A program made the position numbers and the translations under genes. Positions 10,458 to 19,571 of a DNA stretch of 64,000 nucleotides are shown piece by piece. A model generated the notes under the pieces. It made no database searches and was not told where the DNA came from. It saw only the letters and a program-made list of their open reading frames with translations. This stretch comes from Actinomycetes bacterium. Its GTDB lineage: Bacteria; Actinomycetota; Acidimicrobiia; Acidimicrobiales; Ilumatobacteraceae. How positions within the stretch are numbered: position 1 is the first letter of the stretch; the number at the start of each line of letters is the position of its first letter. The DNA is taken from assembly GCA_031398525.1 (NCBI GenBank), contig JANNNL010000018.1, positions 1,011-65,010 on the forward strand, read 5' to 3'.

Positions 10458-10700
10458 GCATCCGAACGGGTATCGAGCGCATACCGGCACGTCGCTCAAC
10501 ATGGCGTTGTCGAGCAGGTTGCGGATCATGCGGGCGAGCGCCGGGGCGGAGCCGACTACCCGCCCGGCGCAGACTTGGGAGAGGTCGATAAGCACATCGG
10601 CCGTTGGTCGGATTGCGGTGACTTCGCCGTGAACGCGCTCGTCGAGGTCGACTGCAACGGCCGGAACCGAGCCGGGTTCGGACGATGTCGCTACAGTCAT
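10458..10700 (-). pseudogene. Fragment of a sensor histidine kinase (HATPase_c N-box region only)
   Basis: About 70 aa reading ...VHGEVTAIRPTADVLIDLSQVCAGRVVGSAPALARMIRNLLDNA.... There are no upstream HisKA/TM regions and no downstream G-boxes. Confidence 0.4.
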
Positions 10701-11118
10701 GCGTCGTGATCGTGTCGTGAACGCCGACCAAGCATCGGGCAAGGTCAGTGCGTTTCTTGACGAGATGCGCCACTCACGCAGGTCCGAAATCGAACGCCTT
10801 CGTCAGGTGATTCTCGGGGCGGGTGTGGAGATCACGGAACAGGTGAAGTGGAATGCGCCGAGTTTCTGCTCAGGTGGCGATGATCGGGTGACCTTTCGAC
10901 TGCAGCCTGGCGACCGGGTCGAGTTGATCCTCCACCGCGGTGCAAAGAAGCGCGCTGACACTGCCGGGTTCATCTTCACTGACCCGACCGGGCTGGTGCG
11001 CTGGCTTGCGCCGGATCGTGGCGTTGTCGTCTTCGTCGATGCAGCGGACACCGAACGTAAGTTGGCCGACATCGTGAAGCTGGTCGAGGCATGGATCGAC
11101 GCCACCATCGGTCGGTGA
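10699..11118 (+). CDS. DUF1801 (YdhG-like) domain protein
   Basis: VSAFLDEM...EIERLRQVIL...EQVKWNAPSF pattern. Confidence 0.7.
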   Translation: MRRDRVVNADQASGKVSAFLDEMRHSRRSEIERLRQVILGAGVEITEQVKWNAPSFCSGGDDRVTFRLQPGDRVELILHRGAKKRADTAGFIFTDPTGLVRWLAPDRGVVVFVDAADTERKLADIVKLVEAWIDATIGR

Positions 11119-11424
11119 GCAAGGCCGAGACGGCCCCTCGCGTCGATCTGAATCCCACTGATATCGCCCGGCAACGCGGGTGTCCGGTGTGTTCGGGTGA
11201 CTCGCTGCTGCTGATCCGTGGCGCTGGTGAGCAGTTCGCCGGGGCAACGCCTTTGCGACCGTCAGGCCGGCGGCGTTGCGTAGCACTTGATTTAGTTGTT
11301 CTCAGTGGAGATCTCACCGGTAGTTGGCGTCGCCGAGCGGTCTTGCGGTCGGCTCAGAGCCGCGCCGAATTACTGGGGTGACAGACATCTGTTCAGCGTC
11401 GGTTGCGTCGGGTCACATGGAGGG

Positions 11425-12195
11425 CTACCAGGCCGAGGCTGTCGAGTTGGCTTCTCCCTCGGAACGGAACCGCGCTGACCATTCGACGTTGAGGTCGTCG
11501 GCCAACTTGGCGGTTCCTGGTTTGAGTACCTCTGAGCTGACAAGGTCGAGGTGATCCAGCACGCGAGCGAGTTGGCGGTGCGGGACGTCGGCGAGTTCCT
11601 CGTAGGTGACGACGAGTGGCGAGATGCCGTTCGCGGCGAACCATGAGCGCCAGCCGACTGCTTCATCGTGCAACATCCGCAACTCAGAGGCGATCGCGGA
11701 ACGGTCGTAGAGGGGTTTTTCGTGCGGCTTGGTGCGTTCACGCTCGGAGCCGTCTGCGTTGCGATGCCACAGGCCGCTCTGTTGTGCAATCACCAACGAG
11801 ACCGCCTCGGCAATCGTGTCATTCCTTGAGAGATGAACGTAGTGTTCAATCCCGAACGCGGTGCGGAGACGGACCCGGTCGCCGTGACTTTGCAGGAACA
11901 GCGGGGCGAGGCGGGTTGAGAACCCGGGCATGTCACGCCACATGATTCTCATGCCAAAGCAACCGGTCCCTGCGTCGCCGTGTCGACGAGCCGCCTCGAC
12001 GTAGGCCCGACCCCAACTTTGATCCGACGCCGTAACACCCCACACGTCGGAATACGCCGCGATGTCGGCAGGCCGAAACAGCGACTCCGGTGCACCTGCG
12101 AGCCCAGTTCGACGAAGAAGGTCGCACAGCATCGTCGAACCGCTCCGCGGCGAACAACAGAGCAAGTAGCCGTTCTCCACCGGCGCCGTAGGCAT
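11425..12195 (-). CDS. Stf0-type sulfotransferase
   Basis: The PAPS-binding N-terminus YLLCCSPRSGSTMLCDLLRRTG and overall length match the Stf0 family. Start set at ATG 12195. Confidence 0.75.
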   Translation of the reverse strand: MPTAPVENGYLLCCSPRSGSTMLCDLLRRTGLAGAPESLFRPADIAAYSDVWGVTASDQSWGRAYVEAARRHGDAGTGCFGMRIMWRDMPGFSTRLAPLFLQSHGDRVRLRTAFGIEHYVHLSRNDTIAEAVSLVIAQQSGLWHRNADGSERERTKPHEKPLYDRSAIASELRMLHDEAVGWRSWFAANGISPLVVTYEELADVPHRQLARVLDHLDLVSSEVLKPGTAKLADDLNVEWSARFRSEGEANSTASAW

Positions 12196-12620
12196 CACAA
12201 AATCGTATCGACCCGCCACCGAAGCTGTCGGAGAGCGACACCGGGCGTCCATGGGTAGGGTTCGTCGAGCGCCGACCTGTGAATCCCGAACGTTCATCGG
12301 TGGGCGTCATGGACGGGTGCGGTGGCGGGCGGCGGCCTTCAGTCGGCTTCGGGCATGATGCAGTGGTGCTGTCGAGCGCCCCACCGGGCGATTCGAGTGT
12401 TCTTGTGGAATCTTGTGATGGGTACCTCCGAGGCACCCGATCTCCGTTGACCCTCGCTGGCCGGATGGAATCGAAGCCGTGCGAGCGGTCATACAGGGTG
12501 GCCCGCCGAGCTCGTCGGCCGCGGGCTCCACCACGATGACAGCTGCGTCCTTGTTCAACACTCTGAGTCAACTATGCGATGATCTGAGCGGCCCTTTGGC
12601 GATTGCAACGGAGGTACGAC

Positions 12621-14015
12621 ATGTGGATGCGTCGAGGTGCGGCGGCGTTCGGGGTATTGGTCGCATGCCTTGCGTCAGTGCTGTCGCCATCATCAGCGGG
12701 CGCAGCACCCAACGGCTGCTCCAACGGCACGCCGGCATATGGTGTCGGGATCGCGATCAGCCCCGAGTTCGTGGGGACCGACGACCTCGCGATCGCCGCC
12801 TACCCCGGTGAGCAGGTCGACTATGACGTGACGGTCTTCCTACGGGTGGAGCCTGGTCAAGTCACCGTCTGCCCGATCCATGACGGCACCGTCACCGTGA
12901 CGCTCCCCAACGGCGCCGGTCCGTTCACGATCGTGACCGGCCTCACCCTCGGCATCGGGGAATCGATCACGTTGGCCAACGTGCCGGCTACGAAGTACAT
13001 CATCAACGAGGCTGACGTGGTTCCCGGAGGACTCCGGCGGGTCGAGGCGACTGCGGCGGTAGCGGCGACGAGCGACGGTCCCGACGACGGCCCTCAGGAC
13101 GACGCTCCGGTCACGGCGACCGCAGTTGCGCCGACCTTCCTCCTTGCGCCCTCCACCCAGCTGTCGATCACGCCCGATCGCACCGTCGTCCCGACCGGCG
13201 CGCCGGTCGTGTGGACGATCGTCGAGCGCAACGATACGCCTGCCGGATACTTCCCCGTCGGGCTCGACGCACCACGCGTCGAGCTGTCGACCGACGCTGG
13301 AGCGACGACCTTCGCCACGCTGACCGCCTCAAGCACTGGCATGACCGGCGACGACGGGAATGGCGTGCTGAACATGGGCGAAGCCTGGACCTGGACGGTG
13401 ACGACGAATCCAGTCCAGGACGTCACGGTCACAGCCACCGGCTTTGGTACCGGCCCACGAGGTCGGGTCATCACGTTCCCCGCCGATCCAGAAGAACGCG
13501 CCGCGGCCTCGGTCGACGTGATCGCTCCAAGCACTGTCGTGGGGATCAGTGCTGCTCCGGCGGCGGTGATTGTCGGGAGTCCGGTGACGTGGACGGTGAC
13601 TGAACGCAACGACGGCGACGTCCCGCTGACGACGCCGTTGGTGCGCCTCGACACTCGCGGCGGTGACAGTGGTGATCTGGCGACCTTGTCGGCGCCGCCG
13701 GCCAGCGGTGATGTGAACGCCGACGGTGTACTCGATCCGGGTGAGACGTGGGCGTGGACGCTCACCACGACCCCGACCGCGGGCGTCACTGTCACCGCCA
13801 CCGGTCATGGCATCGATCCACTTGGCCGCGACATCACGTTCCCGGCCGATCCCGACGAACGCGCTGCGGCATCGGTGAACGTCATCGTGACGACCCTTCT
13901 GCCGCCCACCGGAACACCTCGCACGACCTGGTCGGTCGCCACCGCTGGATTAGCCATGCTGCTCGGCGGTGCGGCGCTCCGATTCCTGTCCAGCGCGCGG
14001 TCCCGCCCCTCCTGA
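12621..14015 (+). CDS. LPXTG-anchored cell-surface protein with tandem ~120-aa repeats
   Basis: GGAGG RBS. Signal peptide MWMRRGAAAFGVLVACLASVLSPSSAGA. C-terminal LPPTG plus a hydrophobic stretch and an RSRPS tail. Confidence 0.8.
   Translation: MWMRRGAAAFGVLVACLASVLSPSSAGAAPNGCSNGTPAYGVGIAISPEFVGTDDLAIAAYPGEQVDYDVTVFLRVEPGQVTVCPIHDGTVTVTLPNGAGPFTIVTGLTLGIGESITLANVPATKYIINEADVVPGGLRRVEATAAVAATSDGPDDGPQDDAPVTATAVAPTFLLAPSTQLSITPDRTVVPTGAPVVWTIVERNDTPAGYFPVGLDAPRVELSTDAGATTFATLTASSTGMTGDDGNGVLNMGEAWTWTVTTNPVQDVTVTATGFGTGPRGRVITFPADPEERAAASVDVIAPSTVVGISAAPAAVIVGSPVTWTVTERNDGDVPLTTPLVRLDTRGGDSGDLATLSAPPASGDVNADGVLDPGETWAWTLTTTPTAGVTVTATGHGIDPLGRDITFPADPDERAAASVNVIVTTLLPPTGTPRTTWSVATAGLAMLLGGAALRFLSSARSRPS
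13149..13886 (+). repeat. Two tandem in-frame coding repeats inside the LPXTG protein
   Basis: Repeat A (13149-13523) and repeat B (13527-13886) share P.VW/TWT.VERND...GVL..GE.W.WT.TT.P...VTVTATG.G..P.GR.ITFPADP.ERAAASV.VI. Confidence 0.8.
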
Positions 14016-14019
14016 CCGG

Positions 14020-14391
14020 GGAATTCCCGACCGTTTGTCAAGAACCGGCGATCCAACTCGTGGACGTCGTCGCGCATGTCGGGTCCGACCTCGAATCCGT
14101 AGAAGCAGTCGAGCTCGGGGAGGACGTGCTTGTCGGCGCACACCGCTACGCAGGGTTCCACCGATGTCACCGATTCCCGCAGCGACGCGCGTCTGGTCAT
14201 GATCGACAGGATCGGATAGGTCACGGAATTCGGGATGCCGCCCAGTGTCAGGGCCTGACGGGCCACCTGGATCGCACGATACGACGAGGTCCACGAAGTC
14301 GCAACCGGCCGTGAACGCGGACATCGCGGCCGCCAATTCCGGGGGAGCCGTATCGAGGGGCGCATGCTCATCGCCGATGCGATACTGCTCA
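14020..14391 (-). pseudogene. Remnant of an unidentified gene, split over two frames
   Basis: Protein-like segments HAPLDTAPPELAAAMSAFTAGCDFVDLVVS and YRAIQVARQALTLGGIPNSVTYPILSIMTRRASLRESVTSVEPCVAVCADKHVLPELDCFYGFEVGPDMRDDVHELDRRFL lie in different frames. No family recognised. Confidence 0.25.
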
Positions 14392-14906
14392 CTCACCAGC
14401 GCCTCGCCGACTTTCCCGCAACGCGACCGCACTCGGCGAGCTTGCGTCGGTGGTAGACCCTTCCGGGGGTGGTCGTAGCGGATCTGGGTGATCGCAGCGA
14501 TGTGGATCGCTTTGTTCAGCCGCCGGTTCCCTGATGCGGCGATGTCGTCGATGTGTTCCAAGGCGATCTCGACGCGCATCGGGCCGGCGGGGTCGTCCAG
14601 TTTGAGGGCGGTGAGTAGGTCAAACGCCTGGTTCGCGGTTAACTGTTTCTTGGCGCCACCCACGATCAACTCGCGTAACAGACGATGGAGCTGGCAGGCG
14701 GCTTGGGTGCGAGCCCCGACGAGTTCATTGCGGTGATCCCACAACAACTTCATCGCCACACTCGTCGCTTCGGGTTGCACATGGCGCAGATGGCGGCTGT
14801 GGATCGCGGCGCGGGCGATCGCCACCGCGTCGGCGTTGTCGGTCTTGTTGCCGTGCCCGGTCGAATACACCCGCCGAACATCGTCAACGAACGTGACGCT
14901 CGACAT
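14392..14906 (-). mobile_element. IS110-family transposase remnant (5'-truncated, internally deleted, frameshifted)
   Basis: NKTDNADAVAIARAA (the KTD..DA motif), LL.DHRNELVGARTQAACQLHRLL and SGNRRLNKAIHIAAITQIRYDHP, then GRVYHRRKLAE only in another frame. The N-terminal catalytic region is absent. Confidence 0.6.
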
Positions 14907-15238
14907 CGGCGGATGGGATGGCCTCGATAGTCACCCGATATCACGGTCAGAGTCGGGCGGGTTCGTATCGAACGCGCCGCGCGAAGGAACGGCCCCATCG
15001 CAGGATCACCGGCTCGCCGCCGGAAACAAACGCGGATCCTGGCGAGTATCGACCGGGCATTCGGCTTCAATCCAGTTTCGCCGAGAGCACGCTGAGCAGT
15101 GTGGCGCTTTCACCCACTCCGGTCCATGAACTGATGCTTCTTTCGGTTGGTCAGGTCATCGTGTTTGTCTCCTCCCACCCGGGCCGCGGGCCGTCACTTG
15201 GTTGCTCCTGAAGTGTTGTGTCGCTGCTCGCGCGGCGA

Positions 15239-15270
15239 GGCCGGTTCCGACGACGTTGGCGGAACCGGCC
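15239..15270. terminator. Perfect 10-bp inverted repeat hairpin downstream of the lipoprotein gene
   Basis: GGCCGGTTCC - 12 nt - GGAACCGGCC, lying 32 nt beyond the stop of the minus-strand gene that ends at 15302. No T-tract. Confidence 0.5.
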
Positions 15271-15301
15271 CTGACCGGGGGATCTGTGAGGTGAGCTGGG
15301 G

Positions 15302-16252
15302 TTACTTGATGCTTTTGGCGTCAGCTCCCACGACGAACCAGACGCCGCCGGGAGCTTGACCGTTGATCTCGCCGGCTGCGGCGTCGCCGGCGAGGCGGTG
15401 CAGCGGCCACTTGCCGATCTTGAGCTGCTTGCCTTCGGGCGTATCGACGATGGTGATGAGCGCCGGGTCAATGCCTTCGCCGATCACCGGAGCATCGGAA
15501 ACCAGGGCCGGCGGCCAGGCCGTGGCGCATCCACCGGCGCAGGTGGGCACGCCGCCGTCACCGTCCTTGGTGAACAAGTAGAGCGTTAGCCCGTCGGCGT
15601 CGACCACGACTTGGCCGAGGTCGGTGTCGGCCAACTGGATCGACGGCGCGACGGCTACTGCGGCTACTTCAGTGGCCGCTGGAGCAGGCGTGGTGTCCGC
15701 TGGCGCGACGGGGGCGGCTCCCTCCGTGATCAGGCCACCGTCGATGCCGGCGACGAACCAGACACCACCGGATTTTTGGCCGTTCACGTCGCCGGCGGTG
15801 ACGTCGCCGGAGAAGAAGTACAACGGCGACTTGCCCGAGACGAGCTGGGTTGTGCCGTCATCGCGGGTGGTCGTGGCGAACACGCCGACGTCGAGGCCGG
15901 GCCCGACGGCGAACGACGGGTCGACCAGCACGGGAGGCCACTGTTCGGCGCATGTACCGATACAGGTGCTCTTGGCGTCGACGTCATTGGTGAAGCCGTA
16001 CATCGTCAGGCCATCGGCTCCGACGAGGATCTTGCCCAGGTCGGAGTTGCCGGCCTTGACGACCACGGCAGCGGTGGGAGCGACTGCCGGAGCCGCCGCA
16101 GCGACGGTCGTGGCCGGTGCCACCTGTGCGGCGGCCTCCACGGTGGTGGCCGGTGCCGCCGGTGCCGCTGGCGTGTCTGACTTCGCTTGGCCGCAGGCGG
16201 CAAGCAGAGAAGCGGCGACGACGACGGGAATCAGGGCGCGTGAGGTGAACAT
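15302..16252 (-). CDS. Lipoprotein with repeated PF03640-type (COG4315) secreted repeats
   Basis: Lipobox LLAAC after MFTSRALIPVVVAAS. Repeated DGLT.Y.F..D......C.G.CA..WPP motifs. Confidence 0.8.
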   Translation of the reverse strand: MFTSRALIPVVVAASLLAACGQAKSDTPAAPAAPATTVEAAAQVAPATTVAAAAPAVAPTAAVVVKAGNSDLGKILVGADGLTMYGFTNDVDAKSTCIGTCAEQWPPVLVDPSFAVGPGLDVGVFATTTRDDGTTQLVSGKSPLYFFSGDVTAGDVNGQKSGGVWFVAGIDGGLITEGAAPVAPADTTPAPAATEVAAVAVAPSIQLADTDLGQVVVDADGLTLYLFTKDGDGGVPTCAGGCATAWPPALVSDAPVIGEGIDPALITIVDTPEGKQLKIGKWPLHRLAGDAAAGEINGQAPGGVWFVVGADAKSIK

Positions 16253-16311
16253 GGTGGTTCCTTTCGGGGATTTGGGTGGTACTTGTGGTGAATGGGAGTG
16301 GGCGTCGTCGG

Positions 16312-16674
16312 CTACTGCACGACGAGTTCGCCCGTCATCGTCGGGTGCACGAAGCACACGAACGAGTAGGTGCCCGGCGCGGCCGGCGCAGTGAACGAGG
16401 CGGTCCCGCCGGGGTCGAGCCCGACGTCGAAGGCATCGCCCGACACGGTGTGCGGAGCACCGTCAAGATTGGTGACCTGGACCGTCGCTCCGGCGGCGAC
16501 GGGTGGGGAGGAGAAGGCAAAGCCCTCGATGGTGAGGACGGGAACACCGGTGGGAGCGGCCGAGCCGGTCGGTGGAGTGACGGTGGTCGTCGAGGGCTGA
16601 GAGAACAGCGCACCGGTGGTGACGGCGGCCGCCGCGGCGCAGATTCCGAGGGTGATGGTGAATCGCTTGATCAT
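16312..16674 (-). CDS. Cupredoxin-like (plastocyanin/azurin family) small secreted protein
   Basis: Signal sequence MIKRFTITLGICAAAAA. Candidate type-1 copper ligands lie in GAPHTV and the C-terminal FVCFVHPTMTG. Confidence 0.75.
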   Translation of the reverse strand: MIKRFTITLGICAAAAAVTTGALFSQPSTTTVTPPTGSAAPTGVPVLTIEGFAFSSPPVAAGATVQVTNLDGAPHTVSGDAFDVGLDPGGTASFTAPAAPGTYSFVCFVHPTMTGELVVQ

Positions 16675-16715
16675 GAGGATGGTCCTTTGGGGGCGGGCGG
16701 GTGGGCGGGTGGTGG

Positions 16716-17309
16716 TCAGAAGCCGGGGAAGCCGACGTTGGTGAAGAACCACAACGACGAGCTGAGCCACAGCCCAGTGAGCAGCGCAACGAGCAGGCCG
16801 CCGGCGACAGGAAGGGTCCAGCCGGGCACTCGCTGCGCTCGGAGCAGCATCATCTTGGTGGTGAAGGCTCCGTAGAAGGCGCAGCCGAACAGGCTGTGGA
16901 GCAGAGTGCGGGTTGTCGTGGTTTGGAAGCCGACGGCCCACAGGCAGTGGTAGGCGACCGGCAGGCTGACGAGGAATGCCGCGGTTCCCGTCCAGCGATG
17001 GGCGGGAGCAACCCACCTGCCGCGGATCGGCACCTTCCCCCACATCGCCAGTGCGCTGATCAGCTGGGCGATTGCCAGAACGAAGGCGATCGTGGTCAAC
17101 CACGCCTTGAGGGGCAGCATCCGCCGGACTTCGACGAACACCAGGTTCGGGACGCCGGTCGCGTTGTGTACCCGGCCGTACGCCCCCAGCGACACCGACA
17201 CCGCGGCGCCGACGGCGGCGGCGATCAACATCTTGCGGGTCGCGGCCGATGCGGTCTCGGTCGGCATCGTGGCTTGAGCGGTCATCGTGGGGTCCTCCTC
17301 GACGTTCAT
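16716..17309 (-). CDS. Polytopic membrane protein, unknown function
   Basis: 197-aa ORF with 4-5 hydrophobic segments and several conserved-looking His residues. It is the first gene of a co-directional trio with the cupredoxin and lipoprotein genes. Confidence 0.6.
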   Translation of the reverse strand: MNVEEDPTMTAQATMPTETASAATRKMLIAAAVGAAVSVSLGAYGRVHNATGVPNLVFVEVRRMLPLKAWLTTIAFVLAIAQLISALAMWGKVPIRGRWVAPAHRWTGTAAFLVSLPVAYHCLWAVGFQTTTTRTLLHSLFGCAFYGAFTTKMMLLRAQRVPGWTLPVAGGLLVALLTGLWLSSSLWFFTNVGFPGF

Positions 17310-17377
17310 GTCCAGGAGTACGGCGGACTCTTACAAACGGTTCACGCTCATTCGCGAAAGTTTTCCGCGACGGCCGG

Positions 17378-17887
17378 CTATTCGGTGCTGGGAAGTTTGG
17401 CGAGGTCGGAGATGACCTGAGCGATGGGGATGGCCGTCAGAGCCGAGGGCTGACAGCGGATCTTGCACGAACGACTTCCGCCGCCAACGATGATCGACGT
17501 CCGCTCCATCACCCGGCCGTCGATGTACAGCGGCAACTCGGTGGGTAGTCCGAACGCGGTGACGCCACCGATCAACATGCCGGTCAGATCACGGGTCTCG
17601 TCACCCGATGCAAAGCTGGCCTTCTTCACCCCGAGCAGCTTGCGCACGACTTTGTTGACGTCGAGACGGGTGGTGGCGAGCACGACGCAGGCGACGAACC
17701 ACGGCGGCTCGGTACGGCTCGACACGATGATCGTGTTCGCCGAATCCTCGGGGTCGACACCATAGAACTCGCAGAATCGCGCGGTGTCGGCCAACTCCGG
17801 ATCGCATGGCATCACCTCGTAGTCGACGCCCAACGCGGTGAGGTGGTCGATCACGGCCTGCTCGGCGGGTTCGGGTGTCGGAACCAT
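17378..17887 (-). CDS. YbaK/EbsC-type aminoacyl-tRNA editing (deacylase) domain protein
   Basis: Length and motifs (LTGMLIGGVTAFGLP, IIVGGG) fit the YbaK/ProX family. Confidence 0.7.
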   Translation of the reverse strand: MVPTPEPAEQAVIDHLTALGVDYEVMPCDPELADTARFCEFYGVDPEDSANTIIVSSRTEPPWFVACVVLATTRLDVNKVVRKLLGVKKASFASGDETRDLTGMLIGGVTAFGLPTELPLYIDGRVMERTSIIVGGGSRSCKIRCQPSALTAIPIAQVISDLAKLPSTE

Positions 17888-17964
17888 TGGGCGGACACTA
17901 CGCGACGTCGCCGGGAGCCCATACGATTGAGAATGTGTCGAGTCCTACCCGCCCTGTTGCTCGG

Positions 17965-18330
17965 ATGACGACGCGCCCCGACGGCGCGGGCTCGGGCGGC
18001 CGCGGGTCGGTCGGCTGGTGGTACGCCGGCATGATCCTTGACCTCGTCCATATGCCCCTCGTCATCGGCATGGTGATTTTTGGAGCGTCGATCTGGGCGG
18101 GCAAGGTCTATGTCACGGTTGTGACGGTGCTGGTCATCCTGCAGATCGGCCTGATGGGCTGTCCGGTGATGTTCCTCACCCGATGGATGAAGCGCAGGTA
18201 CGACCCGACTTACGACGGCCCATGGTCGGTCACGGTGTGGTTGTTTCACCGTTACGGCCGGCTGGTCGGCATCGGCATCTTCATCTTCTTGGTTGCCCTG
18301 GCGGCCGGCCTTCGAGTGTTGTTCTTCTAG
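17965..18330 (+). CDS. Small membrane protein (DUF2784-like)
   Basis: Three hydrophobic helices and a CPVMFLTRWMKRRYD motif. The start is uncertain (ORF opens at 17875). Confidence 0.55.
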   Translation: MTTRPDGAGSGGRGSVGWWYAGMILDLVHMPLVIGMVIFGASIWAGKVYVTVVTVLVILQIGLMGCPVMFLTRWMKRRYDPTYDGPWSVTVWLFHRYGRLVGIGIFIFLVALAAGLRVLFF

Positions 18331-18369
18331 GTACGGCGTCTCAACGTCGTCGAGGGCGGGCACCGTTGG

Positions 18370-19503
18370 CTACGAGACGTCGGTTCGCCCGACCCGACGG
18401 GCGACCTTGCTGCGGATCGCCATCTGTTCGGCAGCCAGAATCGCCGACGCGACGTTGGGTTCCGGTGGACACGACGCCGCGCCGATCGACGCCGACAGGA
18501 TCAGGCCGTCTGGAAGTCGGCAGTTCGCGATGTTGGCCTGCAATCGGGTGACGAGGTCGTGTGGGTTTTGCTGAGTGCTTCGTGACGAAATGAGCATCGC
18601 GAACTCGTCGCCGCCGAGGCGGGCGATGATGTCTCCGTGGCGGGACGCCCGCCGGAACTCATCGGCCATCGCTCGAATGAGGACGTCTCCGGCGCCGTGC
18701 CCGCGGGTGTCGTTCGTGTGCTTGAGATAGTCGAGGTCGGCGTACACCGCGCTGATTCGCTCCCCCGTCTCCTCCTGGCGGCTGGTGGCCTGGGCGACCG
18801 CCTCGTGCCACGCTCGACGATTGGCCAGGCCCGTTAACTCGTCGGCACGGGCCTCGTTGCGGGCGACGTGTGCTTGGAGGCCTAGGAACTCGGCCTCGTC
18901 GACGCGTTCTTGACGATCGCGAGCGAGTACGCCGATGAGGGCTACGGGCGCGACGACCAGCGCTGCAGACGTCAGCGCGGTGCCACCGCCAAGGGCCGCT
19001 CCCAGCCCGATTGGTGCCAGCAGGACATCGATGAGGAACGTCCACGCCAGGGGCCGCACGGAGGGCCGCAGGGGATTGCCAAATCCCCATTGCCGGGCGG
19101 CGACCACGCCGATGTCGCAGGCGAACTGGGCGGCCAGCGCGAGCAGGTACACCGGAAAACGCGATGCATCGGCCGGACCATGCCCGAACGCAGACAAGAC
19201 GAGCACCGGGCCGATGCAGTGCATGGCGGCACCGATGAACAGCGGCGACTTCTCGCCGGTCGGACGCCTGAGCACCAGCGACAGGTATTGCGATGCGATC
19301 ACCAGGATCGGGACGAGCGCCAGCGGAGCGGTGAACAACAAGACGACGAGGACGGGCTCCGTCGGCACCATGCTTCCGGGCTGCGAGGTGTACTCGATCC
19401 GGTAGGCGACTGCATGCAGAACGACCAGTAGCGCAATGGCAACGAGTACTCGGCCAGTTGGCCACGACCAATTGACAAGGATTGCGTTGCCCGCAGCGGC
19501 CAT
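18370..19503 (-). CDS. Membrane-anchored diguanylate cyclase (GGDEF domain)
   Basis: Multi-TM N-terminus, then DELTGLANRRAW...YADLDYLKHTNDTRGHGAGD...ARLGGDEFAML. Confidence 0.85.
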   Translation of the reverse strand: MAAAGNAILVNWSWPTGRVLVAIALLVVLHAVAYRIEYTSQPGSMVPTEPVLVVLLFTAPLALVPILVIASQYLSLVLRRPTGEKSPLFIGAAMHCIGPVLVLSAFGHGPADASRFPVYLLALAAQFACDIGVVAARQWGFGNPLRPSVRPLAWTFLIDVLLAPIGLGAALGGGTALTSAALVVAPVALIGVLARDRQERVDEAEFLGLQAHVARNEARADELTGLANRRAWHEAVAQATSRQEETGERISAVYADLDYLKHTNDTRGHGAGDVLIRAMADEFRRASRHGDIIARLGGDEFAMLISSRSTQQNPHDLVTRLQANIANCRLPDGLILSASIGAASCPPEPNVASAILAAEQMAIRSKVARRVGRTDVS

Positions 19504-19571
19504 GACGAAGACGGCGCTGAGCAGCCCCCCCCCGCAATACGTTCACCGTTGGCAGTGGCCATGCCTGCTGA

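Noticed and set aside
11300-11370. GCCGAGCGGTC...CTCAGAG segment resembling the D-loop and anticodon loop of a type II tRNA (Leu/Ser)
   Set aside because: I could not fold acceptor, D, anticodon (only 3 bp) or T stems. It is at best a degenerate fragment, so it is not reported as an RNA gene.
16675-17103. N-terminal extension of the cupredoxin ORF (track ORF 16312-17103, 263 aa)
   Set aside because: The extension is Arg/Pro-rich and overlaps the well-formed membrane protein gene in another frame. The internal ATG at 16674 gives a normal signal peptide.
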